IMG/VR virus record: IMGVR_UViG_3300027969_000114
Span: 1-59,277 of that record
Source of the DNA: a virus
Taxonomy: Duplodnaviria > Caudoviricetes
Length of the DNA stretch: 59,277 bases
Direction: 5' to 3' (one strand)
This document shows, in pieces, positions 46,672-55,422 of the stretch. A model generated the notes under the pieces. That model searched no databases. It saw only the letters and a program-made list of their open reading frames with translations, and was not told the origin of the DNA. A program made the translations under genes and the position numbers. Position 1 is the first letter of the stretch. Each line of letters begins with the position of its first letter.

Positions 46672-47233
46672 AAATATCGCTTATAAATTTGATGCACTTA
46701 CTATTGTAATCAGACATAACAAATTTCTTATTCATTTTCTTAAATATCCTGCCTGTGTTTCCGTAACCACAGCAAAAGTCTCCTACACAATTAAACTTAG
46801 ATGCTATATTTAATATAATAGCAGTTGTAGTGCTATGCATACCATCAAAATTATAGTTGTAAACGAATGCTTTTGCATTAGCCCCATTAATTTTAGTATC
46901 TAGTACCTGATGTGGCTTTTCTATTTTGCTCATAATCTTAATGCTACCTATAATAATCATAGGCACTTTAGTGATTTTGATAATAGAATTAACTGCTGTA
47001 ATGTACTGAGTAAAATCAAGGCTTGCGTTTGCTCTCTTGTTAAACTTTTCTAGTCCATCGATCCAGCTAATCTCTGTGTAAAGTATATCGCATTTATTAA
47101 ATACATTAGGTATACCATTAAGCACATTGTTTGCTAGTGCTATATTGCCATCCTTTTCAAAATAGTCTAAGTTTCCGTTTACCTCGATTGGATCGTGTAA
47201 TGCAGAATGATAGGGAAATTTTTTAGTTGCCAT
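46658..47233 (-). CDS. DNA amino-methyltransferase-like protein with atypical catalytic motif
   Basis: C-terminal V.DFCCGYG (SAM-binding motif I); N-terminal DILYTEISW where DPPW/Y is expected. Confidence 0.55.
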   Translation of the reverse strand: MATKKFPYHSALHDPIEVNGNLDYFEKDGNIALANNVLNGIPNVFNKCDILYTEISWIDGLEKFNKRANASLDFTQYITAVNSIIKITKVPMIIIGSIKIMSKIEKPHQVLDTKINGANAKAFVYNYNFDGMHSTTTAIILNIASKFNCVGDFCCGYGNTGRIFKKMNKKFVMSDYNSKCIKFISDIYEDL

Positions 47234-47972
47234 TTAAGATAAAGTTATTGGTTGTGTGCATCTGAACAGCTAGCTTATTAAACTTAGTAGTTTTGTCTGA
47301 TTCATAATACTCATAACCTGATGGAGAAACTATTGTCGTATTTACATATTTAAGCATATCGTTTTGCGAATTGCCTAGATTAGCGTTCTCTTTTAATGCT
47401 TGCTTGTAACCTCCCTTAGATGTTCCCTGCTTGTGGTATGCGTAACAGGATCTAGTTCGGTAATTCTTGTAACCATTAATGTAAGATTTGATGCAAATAT
47501 CCCATTCATCAACGCTATTGTAAGGAGTAAACTTCCCAATAGAATGAAATACATCTTTTTTAATAAACCAGCCACCGCCTTTGTAAACAAAATTAGACTG
47601 AATAGCTACATTCATTCTTTTAACTGAATTAATTATACGGGTAATTGATACTAAACCAGTATCGTTTTTAGCTAAAAGGCTAAATATATAATTGTCTATA
47701 ACCGTATCCTCTGTAAAATAGACATCGTCGTCTGTAAATAAATATGCTTCTGTCTCAGGAAAACATTTGTCGGCAATAGATACACCAAAATTAAAAGCAT
47801 TTGTTAGTGGCATCTGAGCTGTATCCACAATTACAACATTAGGCTTTCTGATTATATCTGTGCTATCTGATAGGCTTACAATAACTATGTTGATCCAATC
47901 AGGCACAGAATTAATTAGCCTATTGCAAATATCGTTTCTCTTATAGGTCGGTGCAATTAAGGTTATTTTCAT
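47223..47972 (-). CDS. GT-A fold (GT2/TAGT-like) glycosyltransferase
   Basis: IAPTYKR, FTDDD, IG.F, DE.D.CI, GY.N, GG motifs. Confidence 0.8.
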   Translation of the reverse strand: MKITLIAPTYKRNDICNRLINSVPDWINIVIVSLSDSTDIIRKPNVVIVDTAQMPLTNAFNFGVSIADKCFPETEAYLFTDDDVYFTEDTVIDNYIFSLLAKNDTGLVSITRIINSVKRMNVAIQSNFVYKGGGWFIKKDVFHSIGKFTPYNSVDEWDICIKSYINGYKNYRTRSCYAYHKQGTSKGGYKQALKENANLGNSQNDMLKYVNTTIVSPSGYEYYESDKTTKFNKLAVQMHTTNNFILNGN

Positions 47973-48244
47973 TCATTCTCAATTAAAGTGCGATTAATGA
48001 TTCCGCTACCATCGTTAATAGTCATTGCCCAATACTTGTACTCGCCTAAATTGTAATAGGTATAGATCCGATTAAAGAATCTTTTTTGGTATCCATTTGC
48101 ATTAATGTATTTAACAACCTCGCTGTAAAGCTCTTTGTTATCCCATTTTTTTTCTAGTGTATACCAATGTGGTATTTTAGGCATTGACTTTGCAAATGTA
48201 TAATCAATGCTGTTTAGAATTTTGTCTGCTGTTTCCTTGTCCAT
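47969..48244 (-). CDS. Conserved small domain (FAKSMP.IPHWY..YKYW.M..IINR)
   Basis: Coupled ORF within the modification cassette. Confidence 0.65.
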   Translation of the reverse strand: MDKETADKILNSIDYTFAKSMPKIPHWYTLEKKWDNKELYSEVVKYINANGYQKRFFNRIYTYYNLGEYKYWAMTINDGSGIINRTLIENE

Positions 48245-48245
48245 T

Positions 48246-48782
48246 TTACTTTGTTTTCATAATAAAAAATTCATTTGCACATTTAGGACAAATTACTTCT
48301 ATTAAATCGTCCTGAGTATTCATTTCTCCCATACGCTCATTTAGCTCTTTAGTAACTTTGTCAACGTTTTCCTCTGTTACCGCCTCGTAATTAGTGCTAG
48401 GATTTAGGACTGGATTATAATCAGGAATATCCCATTGAATTAAACCCCAGTCTTTTAATTCTGTTGTATCCCATTCGTTAGCAAGTGCATCCCAATCCCA
48501 TTCGCCTCCGCTAATGTTATCCTTAATTAAAAACTCTTTTTGCTTTGCTTCGGATAGGTCTGTAATAATAACTGGGATCTCTTTGATGCCAGCCTCTAAG
48601 CAGGCTCTATATCTCATATTCCCTCCTAGTATAATCATTTCCTGATTAACAACGATAGGTCGAATAGAAAGCATTTCTGGGAAATCCTTAATAGATTTAA
48701 CTAGCTTTTTAAATTTGTCATCCTTAATCGTTCTAGGATTATTAGGATTAAGTTTAATGTCTGTGATTTTTTTGATTTCCAT
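48246..48782 (-). CDS. ParB/Srx-domain protein with C-terminal CPKC
   Basis: NPNNPR.I, L.KSI, RPIVV, GGNMR..A, IKDN..GEWD motifs. Confidence 0.85.
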   Translation of the reverse strand: MEIKKITDIKLNPNNPRTIKDDKFKKLVKSIKDFPEMLSIRPIVVNQEMIILGGNMRYRACLEAGIKEIPVIITDLSEAKQKEFLIKDNISGGEWDWDALANEWDTTELKDWGLIQWDIPDYNPVLNPSTNYEAVTEENVDKVTKELNERMGEMNTQDDLIEVICPKCANEFFIMKTK

Positions 48783-48783
48783 A

Positions 48784-49146
48784 TTAGTATTCGTTATAAA
48801 TTCTTCTTAAATCTCCTATCATATCCCTCCAGCAAGATGCACAAGATGTGTCAGTAAATGGTACTCTAAAAACACCTAAGTAAACAGCTTGTAGCTCTCT
48901 TTGAATTTGTAATCCAATTGAATTTGGATTGGTTTTAAAAAATTCATTTAGATAATTGTAATCTGATTCGGCTAGACAATTAGGTTTTTTGTAAGGAAAG
49001 ATCCTGTTTAATGCCTCTTTGCGTTCTTCGCATCCGCAATCCCAATCTAGGGCTTTTGACAATGCTTCTACTCCTGCTTTAATTCCTAATGCTTCGGTAA
49101 GGTTTTCAACTGAATCGCCTAGACCTTTTGATTTTCTTTTTGCCAT
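48784..49146 (-). CDS. Conserved Cys-containing protein (B)
   Basis: Homolog of 16136..16570. Confidence 0.7.
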   Translation of the reverse strand: MAKRKSKGLGDSVENLTEALGIKAGVEALSKALDWDCGCEERKEALNRIFPYKKPNCLAESDYNYLNEFFKTNPNSIGLQIQRELQAVYLGVFRVPFTDTSCASCWRDMIGDLRRIYNEY

Positions 49147-49571
49147 TGTTTTAATTTTAGTTTACATCTTTGAATTGTTTGAAAAATATTCATTAGGGGA
49201 ATCCCTGACTCTTTTGCCATTTTACGCATTGAAACGTTATTGTTAATATATATTAAATACATTTTGCGATCGTACCAATCCCAAGTATTAATAAAATCCA
49301 TATATGGTTTAATAAATTCATTAAGGTCTTCATTATAGGTGTCTTCTTTTAATGAGTATTCTATCTCTCTTGTTATTTCGACCTTGTCAATTTTTTTACG
49401 ATGTAAATTAACGGTTAGCGATCGGAGTGTATAGTAAAAATACGACTCATTTACTTCCTTACCTAATAATTTTATGTATGCTTCTTGGACAATGTCTTCT
49501 GCGTAGTTTGTTTCGCCAAACTTTTTGACTATTTGAATCCAATGCTTATGACGCTTGTATATGTTATCCAC
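49119..49571 (-). CDS. Phage ECF-like sigma factor (B, GTG start)
   Basis: AEDIVQEAYIK plus C-terminal HTH. Confidence 0.8.
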   Translation of the reverse strand: MDNIYKRHKHWIQIVKKFGETNYAEDIVQEAYIKLLGKEVNESYFYYTLRSLTVNLHRKKIDKVEITREIEYSLKEDTYNEDLNEFIKPYMDFINTWDWYDRKMYLIYINNNVSMRKMAKESGIPLMNIFQTIQRCKLKLKQWQKENQKV

Positions 49572-49747
49572 TAAAGCAGGTAGATATTTTCTGCAACCAA
49601 CTTCCAATAAATTTTGTCATCTATTCTTTGGCAATACTCGCCAAACATTCCGCACATAAATAAACAAAGCTCTCTTGCAAGCATCTTATTCCCCGTAAAG
49701 TAATAAGCGTTGTTCATTAAAGAAGAGGCTCTTTCGTCTGGCTTCAT
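49571..49747 (-). CDS. 58-aa protein (B)
   Basis: Identical protein to 16995..17171. Confidence 0.85.
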   Translation of the reverse strand: MKPDERASSLMNNAYYFTGNKMLARELCLFMCGMFGEYCQRIDDKIYWKLVAENIYLL

Positions 49748-49866
49748 TAGTCCATCCATTTTCCGTGCTTGAATAAATGCCAAGTACGATGCTTTAAAAC
49801 TTCTATAACTAATTGAAACAAAGTATCTGCTTCATAGCTACCTACTTTTTTAATTATTAGTTTCAT
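49747..49866 (-). CDS. 39-aa micro-ORF, B only (…EVLKHRTWHLFKHGKWMD)
   Basis: TAATG-coupled on both sides; exactly fills the gap. Confidence 0.65.
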   Translation of the reverse strand: MKLIIKKVGSYEADTLFQLVIEVLKHRTWHLFKHGKWMD

Positions 49867-50069
49867 TATTTAGATTTCGTTAATTCATTAACAATGTACC
49901 ATCTAGCCTTTTCTAAGTCTTGCTTTTTATTGCCTTTCTTATCAGCTCTTAAAATATACTTGATTGCGTTTCCTAATGCAAAATTTAAACCAAAAGCCTC
50001 AATTACATTAATAGCTTCAAGGCCATTTGCCCCTTTATAGTGTTCTGGAGAATTTACTTGATCGCTCAT
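49866..50069 (-). CDS. DUF3310/SaV-like protein (B)
   Basis: Homolog of 17171..17395. Confidence 0.85.
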   Translation of the reverse strand: MSDQVNSPEHYKGANGLEAINVIEAFGLNFALGNAIKYILRADKKGNKKQDLEKARWYIVNELTKSK

Positions 50070-50092
50070 AGTTACAAAGTTTATATAAATTT

Positions 50093-50437
50093 TTATTTAA
50101 AGTCAATATTTAATCCATAATTTTTCATAAGGATTATTAATTGAGTATTTAATCCTTCGGCTCTTGTCTTATCCATTAGCTCTATATTCATTCCAATCTT
50201 AAAAAATTCTAGCATTAATTTTCCTGCTTGAAAATACTGATCTGATACGGTTGCATCAGGATCTCCTTTGTATAATTGCTGTTCAATTTTAAGTAATTCT
50301 TCTAAAACTGAATTAGATTTAGACTTTAGCGATTGCTTATTAAATACAGATGGCCTAAAATCGTTTTCAATGTGATCAATTAATGCGTTTAAAAGTCCGC
50401 AGTAAATAATTATTGTTTCTCTTTGTGTTAATTTCAT
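50093..50437 (-). CDS. Hypothetical protein (B)
   Basis: Homolog of 17521..17871. Confidence 0.7.
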   Translation of the reverse strand: MKLTQRETIIIYCGLLNALIDHIENDFRPSVFNKQSLKSKSNSVLEELLKIEQQLYKGDPDATVSDQYFQAGKLMLEFFKIGMNIELMDKTRAEGLNTQLIILMKNYGLNIDFK

Positions 50438-50784
50438 ATTTGATTTAGTCTGTATTTTTTTAATAGCTCTTGACAATCCTCTATTGAACGTACTATTGCA
50501 TAATAGTATTTATGCTCTAATGCTATTTTCTGAAAATCTTTTTGATTTGGAGACTGCACTCCTTTGGCTATTTTAACTTCTACAAATAGTCCTTTCCAAT
50601 TATCGTTTGAAATCATCCAAAACATATCTGCTACTCCTGATTTCACACCCTCCATTTTTAGTTTTATGCCGACTAAAAGACTTCTTTGCCCCCCATTAGG
50701 TACTGCAAAAAACGGAAATTCTTGTGTTAGATCTAACCACTTACATATGGCTACTTGTAATCGATGTTCGTCCTGATTTCTCAT
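50434..50784 (-). CDS. VRR-NUC domain nuclease (probable resolvase)
   Basis: E..LQ, AVPNGG.R, GV..GV.D, F.EVK, S..QK.F motifs. Confidence 0.85.
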   Translation of the reverse strand: MRNQDEHRLQVAICKWLDLTQEFPFFAVPNGGQRSLLVGIKLKMEGVKSGVADMFWMISNDNWKGLFVEVKIAKGVQSPNQKDFQKIALEHKYYYAIVRSIEDCQELLKKYRLNQI

Positions 50785-51542
50785 TAGTCTATTGCAGATA
50801 TTTTACCTTCTGCTGTTAGGTATGCTTTAAAGTCTGCTAAGTTTTCTACAAATTCCTTGTAACATTGAGCCTTGCAAGCCCAAAGTAGTTCGTCTTTGTC
50901 TTTATATTTAGGCAATAAGGACAAATATATTCTTTTTTTATCTTCCTCGTTTGCCTCATAGATGTTAAATTTTACTATGCTGTCATATAGCGAGTGCAAA
51001 CCGCCTGCAATCCATACCATTTTTATGCTTTTTTCTTGACATCTTATGATTTCCTGAGAATACATATTTGCAATATTTATTGCTGTCATTTTTTGATCTT
51101 CTTCACTTGGGATAGGTGCTACTTCTTCGATCTGTTTTACAACTAATTTAGTCTCTTGCCTAGCAAATTCTATATAGGCATTCATAATTCTACTAAAATA
51201 CTCGCAAGAAAAGTTTTCGTAACACTTTGCATCTACGTTTAGCTTGCCTGCAACAGCATATTCAAATGCTAAAACTATTTCTTTGGCTGTTTGATTACCA
51301 AAATTTGATTTAATAAATTTAAGTAGAACGTATTTCTCTTCTTCTATTGGTAAATTATTGCCTCTTAGCCCTACAAATAACATTGCGTAGCGTAGAGCCT
51401 GCTTTATCTCCTCTTCGTCGCTCTGTCGCAAAGTATGGTGGCTCTGTGCCTCGACAATAGCATTAGCTAGACCGCTACCAAATGTTAAGGCTCGTGATTC
51501 GGTCTTTACTAGTTCCTGTTTTTGCGTTGTTTGAATTTCCAT
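50784..51542 (-). CDS. Replication accessory protein (B)
   Basis: Homolog of 19650..20411. Confidence 0.5.
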   Translation of the reverse strand: MEIQTTQKQELVKTESRALTFGSGLANAIVEAQSHHTLRQSDEEEIKQALRYAMLFVGLRGNNLPIEEEKYVLLKFIKSNFGNQTAKEIVLAFEYAVAGKLNVDAKCYENFSCEYFSRIMNAYIEFARQETKLVVKQIEEVAPIPSEEDQKMTAINIANMYSQEIIRCQEKSIKMVWIAGGLHSLYDSIVKFNIYEANEEDKKRIYLSLLPKYKDKDELLWACKAQCYKEFVENLADFKAYLTAEGKISAID

Positions 51543-52158
51543 TTTGACTAAACTTATTTTTATTTAACATCCACGTTGTAATTCTTCTTTTAATATCAAA
51601 GAACTTTTCCATTTCCCAGCGTTCTTTACCTTTAGGATTTTTTTCTGTCCAATAAGAAAAGAAATTATTGTACTCAGATCCTAAATCATTAGTGTGAGGC
51701 GAAAGCATTTCGCTAAAAGATACTATACTTTCTTTTTCTTTTATTTCATTTACTTTACTTTCCTTTCCTTTCCTTTGTTGAACGGTCGTTGAACGGTCGT
51801 TGAGCAATCGTTTATCGGCCGATGCTTTACCTGCCATTTTACGCTGTTCTTTCATCTTAAAGTAAGGTTCTAAGTAAACTAGCATTTTAGGCGAAAAGAA
51901 CTTTTCTGTTTCGTCTATTTCAAATAATTCGTAGTTACATACACAAACTCTGACTTTTGCCTCTGAGACGCTAAATTCTTCTGCTAATAGGTCTAGGTCG
52001 CTTAGGGGATACATAAGGTCTTGTTGCTCCCTTAATGTCTCTAATAGCATAAAGTATATGCCGTAACCCTCTGTTCCTAGTTCTCTTCTTAATCGCCTAA
52101 TTTTTCGATCGTGTCTTGCATTACAAAAATGCGGGAAATAATACGCTTCTTTTTCCAT
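51475..52158 (-). CDS. Replication initiator, DUF4373/Lin1244-like (B)
   Basis: YFPH..NAR.D.KI..LR...G.EGYGIYFMLLE.L; KGKESKVNE linker. Confidence 0.78.
   Translation of the reverse strand: MEKEAYYFPHFCNARHDRKIRRLRRELGTEGYGIYFMLLETLREQQDLMYPLSDLDLLAEEFSVSEAKVRVCVCNYELFEIDETEKFFSPKMLVYLEPYFKMKEQRKMAGKASADKRLLNDRSTTVQQRKGKESKVNEIKEKESIVSFSEMLSPHTNDLGSEYNNFFSYWTEKNPKGKERWEMEKFFDIKRRITTWMLNKNKFSQNGNSNNAKTGTSKDRITSLNIW
51725..51820. repeat. Putative origin B: 11-bp iterons plus pyrimidine tract
   Basis: GTTGAACGGTC x2 (51777, 51788), then GTTGAGCAATC and GTTTATCGGCC in register. Confidence 0.55.
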
Positions 52159-52166
52159 TTTAAAAT

Positions 52167-52252
52167 AAAAAAAGCCAGCTTGCGTAGGAGTGCAAAACTG
52201 GCTTGGTTGGTTTTTAACCCTAAAATAACCGAAGAACTCCTACCCTCTTCGC
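52167..52252 (-). ncRNA. Structured leader RNA of the initiator (B)
   Basis: Same loops and covarying stems as 21066..21149. Confidence 0.75.
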
Positions 52253-52261
52253 TTATTTATT

Positions 52262-52269
52262 CAAATATA
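52262..52269 (-). promoter_or_regulatory. Sigma-A -7 element TATATTTG upstream of the leader RNA
   Basis: Perfect TAnnTTTG; A has the variant TATATTGC at about 21160..21167. Confidence 0.65.
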
Positions 52270-52276
52270 TAAACAC

Positions 52277-52546
52277 TTATCTAGGTTTACAAGTCCGAAA
52301 CTCAAAATATCCTATGTACTCAGGAAAATCATTTTCAAACTTTCTAGCATAATCTGCTGTATAATTATTGTTTACTTTAAAATCGTCATTGCGATCTATC
52401 TTTGCATCCCATCTGATGCGTTCGCAAATTGCTTTAGATCCTATACTAGTTGCTCTTGAATGTATCGCCTCAAAAGCGTAGTGTACATAGGCTCTATATA
52501 TTAACGGATTTTTTACGTGATACTCTTCGAATGTTAGCTTTTTCAT
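52277..52546 (-). CDS. Conserved hypothetical protein (B)
   Basis: Homolog of 21174..21440. Confidence 0.75.
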   Translation of the reverse strand: MKKLTFEEYHVKNPLIYRAYVHYAFEAIHSRATSIGSKAICERIRWDAKIDRNDDFKVNNNYTADYARKFENDFPEYIGYFEFRTCKPR

Positions 52547-52635
52547 AAGGTCTGATTAATTTAAGTTTTAGAAGATCAATTTGTAACTGATTAGCTAGGT
52601 GTGTTTGCCATTGATTAAAAGTTAGCTTCATAATT

Positions 52636-52863
52636 TTATGCGTTTAAATTAAACTTATCTGCTTTAGCTTCGTGCTTGTCGATGTTAATATAATAAATTT
52701 CATTGATAACTTCCTGATAATACGCTGTATCTTCTTCGTTATCAGTTTTCTCATTTATGATTTCCATTACTGCTATGATGGCACATTTAGTTGCTAGTTC
52801 TCTGTTTTGTAAAATGATATTAAATCTATTTACAAGGAATTCGGCTTTAGATTTAGGTATCAT
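52636..52863 (-). CDS. Small protein M.PK.KA..L type (B)
   Basis: Positional homolog of 21530..21718. Confidence 0.7.
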   Translation of the reverse strand: MIPKSKAEFLVNRFNIILQNRELATKCAIIAVMEIINEKTDNEEDTAYYQEVINEIYYINIDKHEAKADKFNLNA

Positions 52864-53114
52864 ATTTTGCTTAATTTAATTATGTTCCAATTTGGGATTC
52901 CAATCGTTTTGTTTACGAGGCTAGGATGATTAAAAATAAGAGTTCTTTGACCTTCGGTTGTTCCTACTAATCGGCTCTCAAACTCATCGTTATAATTACC
53001 TAGCTTGTAATCTAAGTGGTATATTTCGCCTATTGAAAGCTTGTAGTTTTTAACTTCGTAAATGTTAATTTCATTGCCACTTTCTGATTTTAATACTTCT
53101 ACTATGTTTCTCAT
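52860..53114 (-). CDS. Hypothetical protein (B-specific)
   Basis: ATGA-coupled ORF. Confidence 0.6.
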   Translation of the reverse strand: MRNIVEVLKSESGNEINIYEVKNYKLSIGEIYHLDYKLGNYNDEFESRLVGTTEGQRTLIFNHPSLVNKTIGIPNWNIIKLSKI

Positions 53115-53130
53115 TTTATTTTTGTTTAGA

Positions 53131-53328
53131 TTATGATTTACCTTCTTCGTAATATTCGTCCATTAATTCCCTTAATTCTTTAGTCACTTCTGGGTAGTTT
53201 ACCTTGCCATAAACGGCCTGCTGTACTAGCCCTGATGACCATTCTCTTGCACTAAAAGGTAGAATACCTTTCTTATTTAATCTATCAGCTACTAACTGAT
53301 ATGCAAACATTTTTTTAATTTTCGTCAT
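53131..53328 (-). CDS. Small protein (B)
   Basis: Homolog of 22072..22266. Confidence 0.7.
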   Translation of the reverse strand: MTKIKKMFAYQLVADRLNKKGILPFSAREWSSGLVQQAVYGKVNYPEVTKELRELMDEYYEEGKS

Positions 53329-53671
53329 TTTCTTCGTTTTTTAAATTATAATCTTTGTACGGTCTTTCTCCTATAATTTTGTATCCTTTCCAAAGTTGCT
53401 CTTGCTCATATTTATTATAGTCTTCGAGCGACACAAATCTTTGTACCGTTGTAAAATAAGCTCCAAAAGTTCCTTTTAAATCTAGCAATAAAACTATTGG
53501 ATAAACTTGTGTTATTTCTTTTATAGGATCTTCGGATATTAATAAAAATCCGTCTTTCATCCACGATGCGATGTATAAATGATTCTCTAATTCCGTTTCA
53601 AAGCCTTTAGTTACTTTCCAAGTATTGGATGGGGCTTTAAAAAAAGTATATGTTAGCCTTTCCTTATACAT
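53315..53671 (-). CDS. Hypothetical protein (B)
   Basis: Homolog of 22272..22601. Confidence 0.7.
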   Translation of the reverse strand: MYKERLTYTFFKAPSNTWKVTKGFETELENHLYIASWMKDGFLLISEDPIKEITQVYPIVLLLDLKGTFGAYFTTVQRFVSLEDYNKYEQEQLWKGYKIIGERPYKDYNLKNEENDEN

Positions 53672-53949
53672 TAGAATGGTAGATCAGATGCTGGAAAATT
53701 AACGTTTTGCTTTGGAAGGTTTGAATCATAAACTACCTTGCCATTTCCTATGTATATTTTAGGAGTCTTTGCATCACGCTCGTCTTTGGTTTGTGAAACC
53801 CAGATAGATGCATTATTCCCGTATTGATCGGGAGTGTCGTTTAATGAGATGGTAATATTTACCGATTCGTCATTTGTTTTTTTGTTCGTGTAGTGAACTA
53901 AGTCTGTTAATTTTGACTTGTTGATCTGAGCATTAATTAATTGTCCCAT
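53671..53949 (-). CDS. Putative SSB (B)
   Basis: Homolog of 22603..22905; ends DLPF. Confidence 0.65.
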   Translation of the reverse strand: MGQLINAQINKSKLTDLVHYTNKKTNDESVNITISLNDTPDQYGNNASIWVSQTKDERDAKTPKIYIGNGKVVYDSNLPKQNVNFPASDLPF

Positions 53950-53950
53950 T

Positions 53951-54493
53951 TTAAGATAGTTGTAGTTTACGTGTTGTTAAAAAATTAAGTACTTTTTCGT
54001 CTCCTGCCATTACTGATTCGTTGGCTATGTAGAGCATTGATAATTCATTAAGTGTTTTGCAATCGTCTATGATTGCCTTCCAATCTGTTTCTCCGTTTTT
54101 CATTGGATATTTTTTTGCGACTGGTACGCTAGATCCTGATGCATCCGTATCTTTGTCGGTTACTAAACCTAGCAAACTCGATATGGAGTATCTCCGAAAA
54201 TAGGAAATCCCCGCTCCGATGCTCTGAAATTCATTCATTGCTCCTAGTTTTACCGTAGGAATGCTAGTAAACGATTCTAGCTGTTCGCCTGATTCAACGT
54301 GAAAAAGAATTGTTCTGATTCCATCGTTTTCGAGTAATTGCGTAAAGCATAATTTATGCTTTTTTAGAAGTGGATTAATTACGCTAAAAATCTGTGGTAA
54401 ATCAGCGTAGGTGTAGTTGTGGCCTTTCGTATCCTTATGGATAATCGGACACTCGTTTTGAAATTCCGCTAGGGATTTAATTAAGTTTTTCAT
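53951..54493 (-). CDS. erf: ERF-family recombinase (B)
   Basis: ERF motifs; C-terminal domain differs from A. Confidence 0.9.
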   Translation of the reverse strand: MKNLIKSLAEFQNECPIIHKDTKGHNYTYADLPQIFSVINPLLKKHKLCFTQLLENDGIRTILFHVESGEQLESFTSIPTVKLGAMNEFQSIGAGISYFRRYSISSLLGLVTDKDTDASGSSVPVAKKYPMKNGETDWKAIIDDCKTLNELSMLYIANESVMAGDEKVLNFLTTRKLQLS

Positions 54494-54498
54494 TTGAT

Positions 54499-54741
54499 TT
54501 AGGTTAAAATTATTTGAAAAGGTATTTCGTTAAATATAAAGTCAAATTCTACAAATCCATTGGTGCTAATTTTAGGTGCTCCGTATTTGTTTGCAATTAC
54601 TAATGGATCTTTATTGCTATATCCCTGCATTGTAACGTTGTGAGTATAAATACTAATTAAGTAAAAATAATTGCTATCTAATTTTGACTCTTCTAAAAAG
54701 TCTGCTACTGCTTTAAATTTGGTTTCCATTGAGTTTTTCAT
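54499..54741 (-). CDS. Hypothetical early protein (B only)
   Basis: ORF inserted upstream of erf. Confidence 0.6.
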   Translation of the reverse strand: MKNSMETKFKAVADFLEESKLDSNYFYLISIYTHNVTMQGYSNKDPLVIANKYGAPKISTNGFVEFDFIFNEIPFQIILT

Positions 54742-54886
54742 TTGAGATTATACGAATTAATTTTGAGTTTGATTTGTCCATTTCGTGAGCGACTAGCTCT
54801 GCAATAGTCCATAATTCTGGATCGTATGACAATGTCATTGTGTACGTTCCTGCTTTGTCTCTGAATTCTGCTTTTACGATCATCAT
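54713..54886 (-). CDS. 57-aa early micro-ORF (B)
   Basis: Homolog of 23412..23573. Confidence 0.7.
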   Translation of the reverse strand: MMIVKAEFRDKAGTYTMTLSYDPELWTIAELVAHEMDKSNSKLIRIISNEKLNGNQI

Positions 54887-54993
54887 AGCCCTTGAACGAT
54901 ATAAAGTACTTGAAAGATAATGCCTACAAACGTTGCTAGTAACACTAGCTCGGTTAGGTCTTGCTTGTCGAAATTTTGGATGTAATTTCTCAT
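54883..54993 (-). CDS. 36-aa single-TM peptide (B)
   Basis: Homolog of 23570..23680. Confidence 0.75.
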   Translation of the reverse strand: MRNYIQNFDKQDLTELVLLATFVGIIFQVLYIVQGL

Positions 54994-55079
54994 TTTTGAT
55001 TGTGTTTAGAATTGTTATGTCTTATTGACTTGTAAATATACTAAAAATATAATATAATAAAAACTTTTTATAATCTTTT

Positions 55080-55382
55080 TTACTCTTCATCGTAATTTTT
55101 ATCTAGCGATTCTACTGCCTCATCGTAACTATTTAAAAAGTGCTCTTCGCCTGTTTTAAAATCTGATGTGATATAATCAACTTCTTGCCCCATTGAAGAT
55201 CCAATGCTTATTCCGTTTTCTAATGCTATATAAACATAACCAGATAGGTGGTTAAAGCCTATTTGCATTATTTCTTCTGTTCCTGAGTATTTTGCGTATG
55301 CCTCAAAGCATTTTGACAAACCTAATGCTTCTAGGTATGCAATTCGATTATTTTGAAATCCGTGTAATTGTAAGTTTTCCAT
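55080..55382 (-). CDS. Hypothetical early protein (B only)
   Basis: GFN..SGYVYIALENG motif; co-oriented ORF. Confidence 0.65.
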   Translation of the reverse strand: MENLQLHGFQNNRIAYLEALGLSKCFEAYAKYSGTEEIMQIGFNHLSGYVYIALENGISIGSSMGQEVDYITSDFKTGEEHFLNSYDEAVESLDKNYDEE

Positions 55383-55422
55383 TTTGTGTTACGGTTTACC
55401 TAAGCACCGTAAGGTTTAGTGA

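Noticed and set aside
11978-47590. Nested minus-strand alternative-frame ORFs (11978..12163, 18183..18425, 35967..36164, 47393..47590)
   Set aside because: They lie inside clear genes and no matching conserved ORF is evident in the other genome.
4506-50476. Long N-terminal extensions given by the ORF track (4538, 16591, 17031, 25823, 35163, 44579, 49607, 49783, 50476)
   Set aside because: A/B comparison and stop-start overlaps support the downstream starts used here.
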